A stretch of DNA of 64,000 nucleotides from Candidatus Omnitrophota bacterium (GTDB lineage: Bacteria > CAIJMQ01), in contig JAHJCU010000004.1 of the NCBI GenBank assembly GCA_018812925.1, positions 101,621 to 165,620 of the forward strand. The letters run 5' to 3'. A program made the position numbers and the translations under genes. The notes beneath the pieces were generated by a model, which saw only the letters and a list, made by a program, of their open reading frames with translations, was not told where the DNA came from and made no database searches. Positions 1 through 9,044 of this stretch are shown here, in pieces. The first letter of the stretch is position 1. The number at the start of each line of letters is the position of its first letter.

Positions 1-691
1 TTACGGCGGTTCAGTCGAAGGTAAAGCTAATATAATATTTGGGAAAGATGGCCAGCCTCATTTTTCCACAACATTAAACCTGTCGGGCCTTGAGGCAGGA
101 AATGCTTTGAAACAGTTAGCTGGCAAAGCATTCCTGACAGGAAAAACAGAAGGGAATATACAACTGGCAGGTCAAGGTACAGATATAAATACACTTACAG
201 GCAGTACAGATATCATATTCAAAAACGGTAAATTAGCTACACACCCCATACAGAACCTTTTATCCGTATTTATACCCGCCCTGAAAACAATTAACTTTGT
301 AGCCGCAAAGTTTCTTTCAACAATAGGAGATGGGAAAGTTAATATAACAACCGCCACATTAGAAAATCCGCAACTTTTAATGTATTACGGCAAAGGACAA
401 ATGAAACTCTCAAACCAGAAACTTGCAATACCGTCGCATCTTTTAATGAGATGTGATATGGTTGCAAAAATGCCACTGGTAAGCGGAGCATTTGTCAGAG
501 AAGATGAAAACTGGTGCGGCATAGATTTTAATATACTCGGCACTCTTTCTAACCCAAAATCTGACCTTGGAGACAAACTCAAGGGTCAAGCCATTGGCAG
601 TGCAATTGAACAGATATTCGGCGGCGATAAAGACAAGGAAGATAAAGGCGGTGGTGGAATAGGAGATTTATTGGAAGGTATATTTAAGTAA
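1..691 (+). CDS. Envelope protein C-terminal fragment, possibly AsmA-like; 5' end lies outside the window
   Basis: Frame of ORF 107..691 stays open back to position 2 with no start codon; Gly/Thr-rich repeats and a GGDKDKEDKGGGG tail; family assignment is tentative. Confidence 0.35.
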   Translation, partial: YGGSVEGKANIIFGKDGQPHFSTTLNLSGLEAGNALKQLAGKAFLTGKTEGNIQLAGQGTDINTLTGSTDIIFKNGKLATHPIQNLLSVFIPALKTINFVAAKFLSTIGDGKVNITTATLENPQLLMYYGKGQMKLSNQKLAIPSHLLMRCDMVAKMPLVSGAFVREDENWCGIDFNILGTLSNPKSDLGDKLKGQAIGSAIEQIFGGDKDKEDKGGGGIGDLLEGIFK

Positions 692-702
692 AAAGAAAAT
701 AT

Positions 703-2325
703 ATGCATTTAACTATATTTTTTATTGCCGCAGTAATTTTTTTGTTTGTAGGGTATATTTTTTACGGAAAGATGCTCGGGAAAATATACGAATTAAACGA
801 CAAAAAACCTACTCCTGCGCATACACTTAAAGACGGAATTGACCATGTCCCCACCGGTAAACCTATCCTTTTAGGGCATCATTTCTCTTCAATAGCGGGA
901 GCCGGGCCTATTATCGGCCCAATTTCAGGAGCTATGTTCGGATGGCTTCCCGTACTTTTATGGATAATTATAGGGTCTGTATTCTTGGGCGGCGTTCACG
1001 ATTTTTCTGCACTGGTATCTTCCATAAGAAATAAAGCTCTTTCCTTAGGAGAACTAATAAAAAATCTCATGGGCAAGAGAGGTCGTCTCTTATTCCTGAT
1101 TTTCTCCTGGCTGACTCTTGTTTTAGTTATAGCGGTTTTTTTTGAACTTACAAAAACTGCATTTATTCAATCCCCGGGCATAGCAACCTCATCAATTCTT
1201 TATATTGTATTGGCAGTAGTAATGGGAACAATGCTTTACATAAAGAAAACCCCGTTACTTCACACAACTATAATATCTTTAATCTTCTTGTTTGCCTTTA
1301 TTCATATCGGCCAAAAACTCCCACTTAATCAGGGCGAGAATTTCTGGATATTCGCTCTTGCTTTTTATTGTTTTTGTGCATCTATTCTGCCCGTTTGGCT
1401 TCTACTGCAGCCAAGAGATTATTTGAGCAGTTTTCTGCTTTATGCCTCGGCAATAGGCGGTTTTGTAGGAATAGTAATCGGCGGATACAAAATTACGTAT
1501 CCAATGTATACTGCATTTAATATCAACGGTTCTCACCTATATCCAATACTGTTCGTAACAGTTGCCTGCGGCGCAATTTCAGGTTTTCATTCGCTCGTAT
1601 CTTCGGGAACAACCTCTAAACAATTAAATAAAGAATCCGACGCAAAATTTATAGGTTATGGAAGCATGATTATTGAAGGATTAGTTGCCGTTATTGCTTT
1701 ATCTACCGTCATGATAATTTCAAAAGAAAGATACGCGGAACTTATCAGAAATCCTTTAGCCGTCTATGCCAACGGGATGGGAATATTTTTGAGCAAATTA
1801 GGATTTTCCGTAAAATTTGGGGAAAGTTTCGCAATTTTGGCTTTATCAACATTTATTCTAACAACTCTGGATACCGCCACTAGAATAGGAAGATATACAT
1901 TAAGCGAACTATTGGGAGAATATGCGGCAATATTTAAAAACAAGTATATCTCAACACTGGTTACGATAGGAGCCGCTCTATTTTTGGTTCTTGCAAAATC
2001 CTATGATTTGCAGGGCAATTTGATACCCGCTTGGAAAATCATTTGGCCCGTATTCGGCGCAAGCAACCAACTGCTTGCTTCGCTGGTCCTATTAAGTGCA
2101 ACTTTATATCTCATATCAAAGAAAAAAAGATGCCTTATTACATTGCTCCCTTTGCTCTTTATGTTACCGATGACTATTTTTGCCTTGATATCTATTGCCG
2201 TAAAAAATCTCTGCACACAAGCCCCCAACTATACAATAGGTATTTCTTCAATAGTTCTTATATTATTAGCTTTACTGCTGGTGTTAGAATCAGTTGCTTC
2301 AATATATAAAAAAGAGACCGAATAA
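703..2325 (+). CDS. cstA: Carbon starvation protein A family transporter
   Basis: 540-aa polytopic membrane ORF; CstA-type motif HHFSSIAGAGPIIGPISGA near the N-terminus. Confidence 0.8.
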   Translation: MHLTIFFIAAVIFLFVGYIFYGKMLGKIYELNDKKPTPAHTLKDGIDHVPTGKPILLGHHFSSIAGAGPIIGPISGAMFGWLPVLLWIIIGSVFLGGVHDFSALVSSIRNKALSLGELIKNLMGKRGRLLFLIFSWLTLVLVIAVFFELTKTAFIQSPGIATSSILYIVLAVVMGTMLYIKKTPLLHTTIISLIFLFAFIHIGQKLPLNQGENFWIFALAFYCFCASILPVWLLLQPRDYLSSFLLYASAIGGFVGIVIGGYKITYPMYTAFNINGSHLYPILFVTVACGAISGFHSLVSSGTTSKQLNKESDAKFIGYGSMIIEGLVAVIALSTVMIISKERYAELIRNPLAVYANGMGIFLSKLGFSVKFGESFAILALSTFILTTLDTATRIGRYTLSELLGEYAAIFKNKYISTLVTIGAALFLVLAKSYDLQGNLIPAWKIIWPVFGASNQLLASLVLLSATLYLISKKKRCLITLLPLLFMLPMTIFALISIAVKNLCTQAPNYTIGISSIVLILLALLLVLESVASIYKKETE

Positions 2326-2406
2326 AAGTCGGCCATTATTCGTTTTCAAAATTTCCAAAAGATACTTAATAATATGATTATAAAGTTGAGCCAAATTGGT
2401 TATTTG

Positions 2407-2428
2407 CGTTGCCAAAGTCTTGGCAACG
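2407..2428. other. Perfect 9-bp inverted repeat hairpin (CGTTGCCAA-AGTC-TTGGCAACG) between convergent cstA and the GGDEF gene
   Basis: Read directly from sequence; no U-tract on either strand so terminator function is uncertain. Confidence 0.4.
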
Positions 2429-2440
2429 AAGTGGACGAGT

Positions 2441-4372
2441 TCACAAATACGGATCTACATTTTGCGAATCGATTATCATTACTGGAGATTTTGTTCTTGG
2501 AGAAATCACTTCTTCCTTGATGGTGTTTCTCAAGACTGTTCGCATCAGAACTTTCCCCATACCAACGGGGTTGGTGTTTAAAGTAGCGAATAACTCTCTC
2601 TTTTTAATACTCTGAATAGCGTTTTTATTCCCGTCAAAACCCATTGTGAATATTTTATTTATTTTACCCGCTTCTTTGACTGCCTCTACTGCCCCCAAAG
2701 CCATTTCATCGCTCAAACAGAAAAATGCGTCTAAATGAGGGTATTTTTTAATTAACTCTTTAGCAACTAATTTGGCTTTATCTCTGTTCCAATCCGCAGG
2801 TCTGGACTCCACTATTTTAATTGCAGGATATTTTTTCACTACTTCGATAAATCCTTTTTTCCTGTCAATGGAATCGCTTCCTTCGGAAATACCTTCAATA
2901 ATGGCTACATTTCCTTCTGTTCTTAACAACCTTACCATAAAATGCCCCACCATTCTGCCCGCTTCTTTTTGTTCATAATAAATATAAGAAGCTATTTTGC
3001 CCGGAGGGTTCATCTTCAATGTGTTGAGATTGAAAACAAAAATCGGAATTTTTGCTTTGTTTGCTTTTACGATTATGTCTCCCACATTCTGTTTCGAGCA
3101 CAAACCGATTGCATCCACTTTATCTTCAATTGCTTTTCGCAAAGAACCTAATTGTTTTTCATAACGCCCTCCATAATTCGGGTCATCACTACCTGATAGA
3201 ACAATAACATCTACACTTCCAACTTCTTCTGCGACTTCCTTTACTCCCCGCAAAACATTGGAATAAAACGGACTAAGTGACGAGGAGCAAAATACAAACC
3301 TATTCTTGTCTTTTCTGGTAATTAAAGAAGGACATACTCTATTCCTGCCTTCTTCTTTCGCAAGATATAATGCCTCGTCTGCTTTCTTTACAAGGTCTCC
3401 GTAGAATATTGCATTTTCAGGATAAGATGACAGCCCAATACTGATAGTTAATTGGACTTTTTCTGTGCCTCCGTTTGCGTTAAATACATAATTTTCCACG
3501 CTTTTCCTTATTCTTTCCGCCGCGCATAATGCCTGATGTCTATTAGTATAAGGACAAATTACCGCTATTTCTTCTCCGCCATATCTGAAAGGTATATCAT
3601 ATGCTCTTATGGTATCCCTTATTATTTCCGAAATTACATACAAAACTTTATCTCCAACAAGATGCCCGTATTTGTCATTGAATATTTTAAAATGGTCTAT
3701 ATCAATCATTAATACTGACAGAGGATATTTAAAACGATTTGCTTTTGACACCTCTTTTATTAATGTTTCATAGAAAGACCTATGATTATACAGTGTAGTT
3801 AAACTATCAATATTTGCAGTATTGAGTAATATTGCCACTCTTTCTTTCAAATATTCGTTCTGAATCGTCATCATTTCGGTATAAAATAACTTGTTCAGTT
3901 TGTCTAAACCCAAATTAGAATATTCTTGGTTATATAACAAGATAATACCGATATTTTGTTCCCCTGCTTTCATGGGAATAACAACTGACGAAACCAATTT
4001 GTTATCTTTAACGAATGACAAATTTTTTATTTCCTTGTTTTTATCAATATCAATGGCGCAGATTTTATTTTTCTTTAACAATATTTCCATAACCTGCTTT
4101 TCTTTATTTACCTGCCCTTTTTTATGTTTACCAGCGCCTGTTATAAATTCTATCCTGTTGGTTGCTTCATCTCTTGCCCAGACGGAAAGCATATGTGCTT
4201 TTGAAGATTTTAAAATTTTTGCCAATGCAGATTCTATGGCTTTTTTCTTAAAAAAGTCCCTCAAAACAAGGTTGGTTAATGTAACATTACTTACCTCTAC
4301 AGGTTTCGTCGCACGCTGCAGACTCTTTGTCTTGCTACTTTTGAAAGCAGATTTTGGTTTCTTGGTTTTCAT
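2441..4372 (-). CDS. Diguanylate cyclase: GAF-like N-terminus, GGDEF domain, C-terminal periplasmic-binding-protein-like domain
   Basis: RAYD I-site followed by the GGEEI active-site motif; last ~270 aa resemble a type I sugar-binding PBP fold; ATG at 4372 preferred over the track TTG at 4384. Confidence 0.75.
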   Translation of the reverse strand: MKTKKPKSAFKSSKTKSLQRATKPVEVSNVTLTNLVLRDFFKKKAIESALAKILKSSKAHMLSVWARDEATNRIEFITGAGKHKKGQVNKEKQVMEILLKKNKICAIDIDKNKEIKNLSFVKDNKLVSSVVIPMKAGEQNIGIILLYNQEYSNLGLDKLNKLFYTEMMTIQNEYLKERVAILLNTANIDSLTTLYNHRSFYETLIKEVSKANRFKYPLSVLMIDIDHFKIFNDKYGHLVGDKVLYVISEIIRDTIRAYDIPFRYGGEEIAVICPYTNRHQALCAAERIRKSVENYVFNANGGTEKVQLTISIGLSSYPENAIFYGDLVKKADEALYLAKEEGRNRVCPSLITRKDKNRFVFCSSSLSPFYSNVLRGVKEVAEEVGSVDVIVLSGSDDPNYGGRYEKQLGSLRKAIEDKVDAIGLCSKQNVGDIIVKANKAKIPIFVFNLNTLKMNPPGKIASYIYYEQKEAGRMVGHFMVRLLRTEGNVAIIEGISEGSDSIDRKKGFIEVVKKYPAIKIVESRPADWNRDKAKLVAKELIKKYPHLDAFFCLSDEMALGAVEAVKEAGKINKIFTMGFDGNKNAIQSIKKRELFATLNTNPVGMGKVLMRTVLRNTIKEEVISPRTKSPVMIIDSQNVDPYL

Positions 4373-4459
4373 TGTTAATTCCAACTAGCATACTATCAGA
4401 ATTCTGAAATAAAAAAAAGTAAAACTCTTTTTTAAGAAGAGAACTACCAAAAATTTAAT

Positions 4460-5464
4460 TTACGGATAAAATAGTATTTTGCAGGAATTTTTTGCTTCTA
4501 CGGCAAGTTTCAAGCCCTTCTGGAAATCTTTCAACGACAGACGGTGGCTGATAATAGAGGTTGCATCTTTTAACTTACCACTTACAAACATATCAAAGAC
4601 CTCTTTCTGTTCTATCGGTGTGGACGAATAAGTTCCTAAAATCAGCGTCTCGTGGTATATGAGATTCGGGTCAAGCTGAACCCTGGTATTATCGGGCACT
4701 TGCGCAAATATACTTAGTTTACCCCCTACTCTGACCATATCTAAAGCTTCCTCAACAGCTTCTTTATTACCTACACTGACGATAACTATATCGGATTCTT
4801 TAAATTTATCTATTTTTTTATTCTTTATATTGATAACATCTTCCGCACCTAATTTTTCAGCAAATTCAAGTCTTGAATCTACCACATCAACCAAACGGAT
4901 GCTCTTTACTCCCATTGTTTTTAAAAGAATAAGATGCATAATCCCTGAAGGGCCTGCCCCGATTATAGTCACTACATCTTTGGGTTCAATTTGTATTCTC
5001 TTAATATTTCTCCAAGCGCACGCAAAAGGTTCAATTAGAACTGCTTCTTCATCGCTTAAAGAATCCGGTAAGGGTATAACATTATTTTTTACCAACTCTT
5101 TGGGAACTTTTATAAATTCCGCAAAACCGCCGGGTTTGATATTTGTACTCTTGAAAAGCTCACACAAAGAAAAAGTGCCTTGCTTACAGTATTTACAGGA
5201 AAAACAGGGAGCATGATGGCTTACAAATACTCGCTCGCCAACTTTAAAACTGCCGACATTTCTACCCTGTTTTTCAATGGTTCCGACTACTTCATGGCCC
5301 AAAACAGAACCTGACTGAACCGATTCCTGTTGTATTTTGTAGATATCTGTTCCGCACAGACCGCATATCTTAACTTTTATAAGAAGTTCATCGTCCGTAA
5401 TTGTGGGAACGGGAATATCTTCATATTTGATATGGTAAGAAGAATAAAAAACTTGCGCTTTCAT
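4460..5464 (-). CDS. Zinc-dependent alcohol dehydrogenase family (MDR; threonine/sorbitol dehydrogenase-like)
   Basis: GHEVVGTIE zinc-ligand region, Cys cluster CFSCKYCK, Rossmann motif IIGAGPSG; stop overlaps the recJ start. Confidence 0.8.
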   Translation of the reverse strand: MKAQVFYSSYHIKYEDIPVPTITDDELLIKVKICGLCGTDIYKIQQESVQSGSVLGHEVVGTIEKQGRNVGSFKVGERVFVSHHAPCFSCKYCKQGTFSLCELFKSTNIKPGGFAEFIKVPKELVKNNVIPLPDSLSDEEAVLIEPFACAWRNIKRIQIEPKDVVTIIGAGPSGIMHLILLKTMGVKSIRLVDVVDSRLEFAEKLGAEDVINIKNKKIDKFKESDIVIVSVGNKEAVEEALDMVRVGGKLSIFAQVPDNTRVQLDPNLIYHETLILGTYSSTPIEQKEVFDMFVSGKLKDATSIISHRLSLKDFQKGLKLAVEAKNSCKILFYP

Positions 5465-7179
5465 TGAACATCCTCCATTTTAAGTATAACCGAATTTCTG
5501 TTTTCCCATCCATCAATTTGCGCTGTATAAGCCAAATCTATGATGTCCTGCTTGTTCAAAACATTTAAATAATCCGCTTTACCAAAACCGATAACTTCTC
5601 TATGAAATTTTTCATCTTTTACCCAGAATTTTATATGATTGGAACCGACTTTTTTAGGTTCGGTCATTATTTGAAGATTCTTGGTTATAAAAACCGGTTC
5701 TTCGTTGCTTAAACCAAAAGGAGAAAAAAGTTGAAATTCTTTTACTACCGAATCAGTAAGAATATCCAAAGACATATAAGCATCCGCTACTAACAACGAA
5801 GTGAATTCCTCAATAGGTAACTCTTCGGCTAAGCTATTTATCTTGTTTCTAAATGGCTCTATATTATCCTGCGCAATCTCCAATCCGCAGGCGTGTTTAT
5901 GTCCGCCGAAAGTTACAAGCAATTCTTTTACTTTTCCCAAATTTTCGAATAAATTAAAATCACCTATACTGCGTCCGGAGCCCCTGCCAATACCGTTATT
6001 CAAAGAAATCAAAATCGCGGGTTTAGAGAATTTATCCACAAGACGCGACGCAACTATACCAATTACTCCCGGATGCCATCCTTCATTGGCAAGGACAAGA
6101 ATTCTATTTTCACGGAAATTGACATTTTCTTCCGCCATCTTCATAGCTTCCTGACAAATTTCTTCTTGTATTTTCTGTCTTTGTTTATTATCCGCTTCCA
6201 ATAAAGAAGCAATCTCCAAAGCTTCTTGTTCACACTGGCTCAAAAGCATCTTAACGCATTTATCGGCAGTATCAATCCTTCCACCTGCATTTAAACGCGG
6301 ACCCAAAATAAAACCGATATCGCGCGTCGTAATATTTTTGTTATTAATTTTGGCAGTGTTTTTTAAAGCATTTATGCCAACTTTTTTAGAAGAATCGAGT
6401 TTACTTAAACCATATTTAACTAATATCCTGTTTTCTCCTATAAGCGGAACCACATCACTTACAGTCCCAAGAGCAACTAAGTCAAGATGTTCTTCGAGGA
6501 AATCAAGTTCTTCCCGCCTGCTTGTCCCGATGTTACGTCGGGGCGAGCAGGTTTTCTCCTGCAACACTTGAGCGAACTTAAATACGACCCCAACGCCTGC
6601 GAGTTCTTTAAAAGGATAAGAACAAACTTTTGGGTTTATAACAGCTAATGCCGGAGGGATATGAACGCCTGCTTTATGATGGTCAACAATTATCGTATCT
6701 ATACCTTTTTGTTTGGCTAACAATATTTCTTCGGAACCGTCCATACCGCAATCACATGTGATTATTAATTTTACATTTTCCTTTTCTGCTTGTTTTATGG
6801 CTGTCATGTTTAGACCATAACCATCCTTAACTCTATGCGGCATATAATAAGAAGCATTTGCTCCAAGCTGTTTTAACGTAAGAAGCATAAGACATATTGA
6901 CGTTATTCCATCAACATCGTAATCCCCATAAACAAGAATTTTCTCGTCGTTTTCAATAGCCTGAAAAACTCTGGCAGAGGCTTCCCCAATCCCATTCAAA
7001 AGATACGGAGAATGAAGATCAGACAAGTTGCCGTTTAAAAATGCTTGCGCTTCCTTGGGCGTTTTACTGCCGCGATTTATCAACAGTTGCGCAGTACACG
7101 GAGAAATTCCTAAAACATTAGAAATTTGACCCGAAAGAAACGGTTCAAGTTTTTTTACTTTCCAGCGTTTCGGTTGCAT
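5461..7179 (-). CDS. recJ: Single-stranded-DNA-specific exonuclease RecJ
   Basis: DHH motifs (YGDYDVDGITS, DHH), DHHA1 region, 572 aa. Confidence 0.85.
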   Translation of the reverse strand: MQPKRWKVKKLEPFLSGQISNVLGISPCTAQLLINRGSKTPKEAQAFLNGNLSDLHSPYLLNGIGEASARVFQAIENDEKILVYGDYDVDGITSICLMLLTLKQLGANASYYMPHRVKDGYGLNMTAIKQAEKENVKLIITCDCGMDGSEEILLAKQKGIDTIIVDHHKAGVHIPPALAVINPKVCSYPFKELAGVGVVFKFAQVLQEKTCSPRRNIGTSRREELDFLEEHLDLVALGTVSDVVPLIGENRILVKYGLSKLDSSKKVGINALKNTAKINNKNITTRDIGFILGPRLNAGGRIDTADKCVKMLLSQCEQEALEIASLLEADNKQRQKIQEEICQEAMKMAEENVNFRENRILVLANEGWHPGVIGIVASRLVDKFSKPAILISLNNGIGRGSGRSIGDFNLFENLGKVKELLVTFGGHKHACGLEIAQDNIEPFRNKINSLAEELPIEEFTSLLVADAYMSLDILTDSVVKEFQLFSPFGLSNEEPVFITKNLQIMTEPKKVGSNHIKFWVKDEKFHREVIGFGKADYLNVLNKQDIIDLAYTAQIDGWENRNSVILKMEDVQ

Positions 7180-7196
7180 AAAAAATCAGTTGCAAA

Positions 7197-7285
7197 GGCA
7201 CTAAGGCACATAGGCACAAAGTTTTTTGTTTTTTTTAGATTCTATATATTTCCTCTGTGCCTCTGTTACTTTGTCCCTTTGTGCC
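7197..7285. repeat. GGCAC octamer repeats (three direct copies, GTGCC copies in inverted orientation) flanking a T-rich tract between ksgA and recJ
   Basis: ggcactaa ggcacata ggcacaaa, then gttttttgtttttttt, then gtgcc...gtccc...gtgcc; the right arm overlaps the rsmA stop region. Confidence 0.45.
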
Positions 7286-8153
7286 TATTTTGAATCTTAA
7301 TTTTTGTTATAAAATCTGCCAATAACCCGACTTCTTCCAAAGAAAGCGTTTCCCCCCGTCTTGTTAAATCAATTGGAGATTTCTTGTAAAATTCCAATGG
7401 AAGATTTAAGAATTTGAGAGTGTTCTTAAGATTTTTCCTTCTCATTCTAAACATTGCGTCTGCTATTTTGAAGAAAAGTTCCTCGTCACAAACTTTTACT
7501 CTTGGGCTTTTTAGAGGTTTAAATAAAACAATAGCCGAATCCACATTAGGTGACGGGAAAAACACCCTTCTTGAAACTTTATGAATTATTTCAATGCCCA
7601 TATGAAATTGTGCCTTTATACTTAAAAAAGAATAATTTTCACTGCCGGGACACGCAACGAGACGTTGTGCAAACTCTTTCTGAAGCATAAGCACGATGCA
7701 TGAGAATTTCTTCTTAAAAGAAATCAATTTAAATAGAATCGGAGAAGCTATGCTGTAAGGCGGGTTTGAAACTACTTTCCATTCAGGAGATTCTCTTAGA
7801 ATAATTTCCAGGTCAATTTTTAGGATATCATCATTGATAACTTTCACATTGGGATAGGAAACAGCGGCAAGCTCTTTTAAAGAAGAAGCAGCCCCCCTAT
7901 CCTTTTCTATAGCAAACACTTCAGCGCCTTCGCAAGCCAAAGCAAAAGTAAGCGTCCCTATTCCTGAACCTATCTCAAGAACTTTTTCTCCCTCTTTTAT
8001 TTTTGCGGTTTCAACTATCTTCTTAAGGATATTTTTATCAACCAAAAAATGTTGACCCAGAAATTTTCTGGGACTAAGCCCTCTTTCTATCAAAAGATTT
8101 TTGACTTGAGTAGGCGTAGCCAAATCCAAATCAGGTTTATGTAAATTAGCCAT
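7266..8153 (-). CDS. rsmA: 16S rRNA (adenine1518/1519-N6)-dimethyltransferase
   Basis: FLGQHFLVD and VLEIGSGIGTLT SAM-binding motifs, NPPY-like catalytic motif (SNPPYSI). Confidence 0.85.
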   Translation of the reverse strand: MANLHKPDLDLATPTQVKNLLIERGLSPRKFLGQHFLVDKNILKKIVETAKIKEGEKVLEIGSGIGTLTFALACEGAEVFAIEKDRGAASSLKELAAVSYPNVKVINDDILKIDLEIILRESPEWKVVSNPPYSIASPILFKLISFKKKFSCIVLMLQKEFAQRLVACPGSENYSFLSIKAQFHMGIEIIHKVSRRVFFPSPNVDSAIVLFKPLKSPRVKVCDEELFFKIADAMFRMRRKNLKNTLKFLNLPLEFYKKSPIDLTRRGETLSLEEVGLLADFITKIKIQNRHKGTK

Positions 8154-8247
8154 CAGAGTATAAAATGATGCGTTAAAAAACTAAAAACATAATATCACAA
8201 TATTGACCTGTTTTCTTTTAATCCACGGGAAAATATATTAGCAGTAC

Positions 8248-8997
8248 TTAGTATATATCGCAATAAAGCTCATTTTTAAAAGCACTATCTCTTACAGAAA
8301 TAATTTTATTAAATATATCTCTGATTCCGGTTCCAAAATTATCTTTATAAATATGCTCTTGTAGAATTTTTATAAATTTTGCTTCAAAATCAGAAGACTT
8401 ATGTGTATCTGCCGTATCTGCTATTATGGTTCCTATTTTAATTGTTACGTCACCCTGTATACACAAATAGGTGATATCTGATAGTTTTTTAATTATTTCT
8501 GGTTTGGGATAGGGTTTAATATCTTCTATTTGTTTTCTAATAGAACCAATGCGATCTGATATTTCTTTGTAGAAAGATTTTAGGAATTTAAAATCTTGTT
8601 TATCGAAACTTATTGACTTTTTATGTATTACTTTTAAAATAGCTTCAACATTTGCAGTTTTCTTGAATTCTTCATAGGCATTTGCAAAATCATGATTCTT
8701 ACCACCATTTTGTTCCGATATCAAATTAAACTTTCGCAAAATTCCATACATAAGAAGGTTTAACGAAAGTGTAATAAAATAAGTTTTTTCCCTGTTAATA
8801 TCTTTAATCTTTTTATCTTTTCTTTTCCTAATTAAAGAATCAATTCCCCAAATAGTTAAAGATACTACTACCATCCCGCTGATTAAGTTTATAAAGAAGC
8901 TGTTAATATCGGGGTGAATATCCAATTTGCAAAGTTTAAGAGTGATATATATAACTACCAGAATTAGCAAAATTATAAACACAATAATTTTTTCCAT
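8248..8997 (-). CDS. Hypothetical membrane-anchored protein (two N-terminal TM helices, Lys/Ile-rich)
   Basis: ORF with its own flanking intergenic gaps; no recognisable motif. Confidence 0.4.
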   Translation of the reverse strand: MEKIIVFIILLILVVIYITLKLCKLDIHPDINSFFINLISGMVVVSLTIWGIDSLIRKRKDKKIKDINREKTYFITLSLNLLMYGILRKFNLISEQNGGKNHDFANAYEEFKKTANVEAILKVIHKKSISFDKQDFKFLKSFYKEISDRIGSIRKQIEDIKPYPKPEIIKKLSDITYLCIQGDVTIKIGTIIADTADTHKSSDFEAKFIKILQEHIYKDNFGTGIRDIFNKIISVRDSAFKNELYCDIY

Positions 8998-9044
8998 TTT
9001 AAAGTAGTTTTTTAAACTTAAAACTTATAACTTACCACTTAATA

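Noticed and set aside
2001-2309. Internal ORFs 2001..2228 (-) and 2031..2309 (+) and similar short ORFs nested in long genes throughout the track
   Set aside because: Wholly contained within well-supported longer CDSs on the same or opposite strand, with no motif content.
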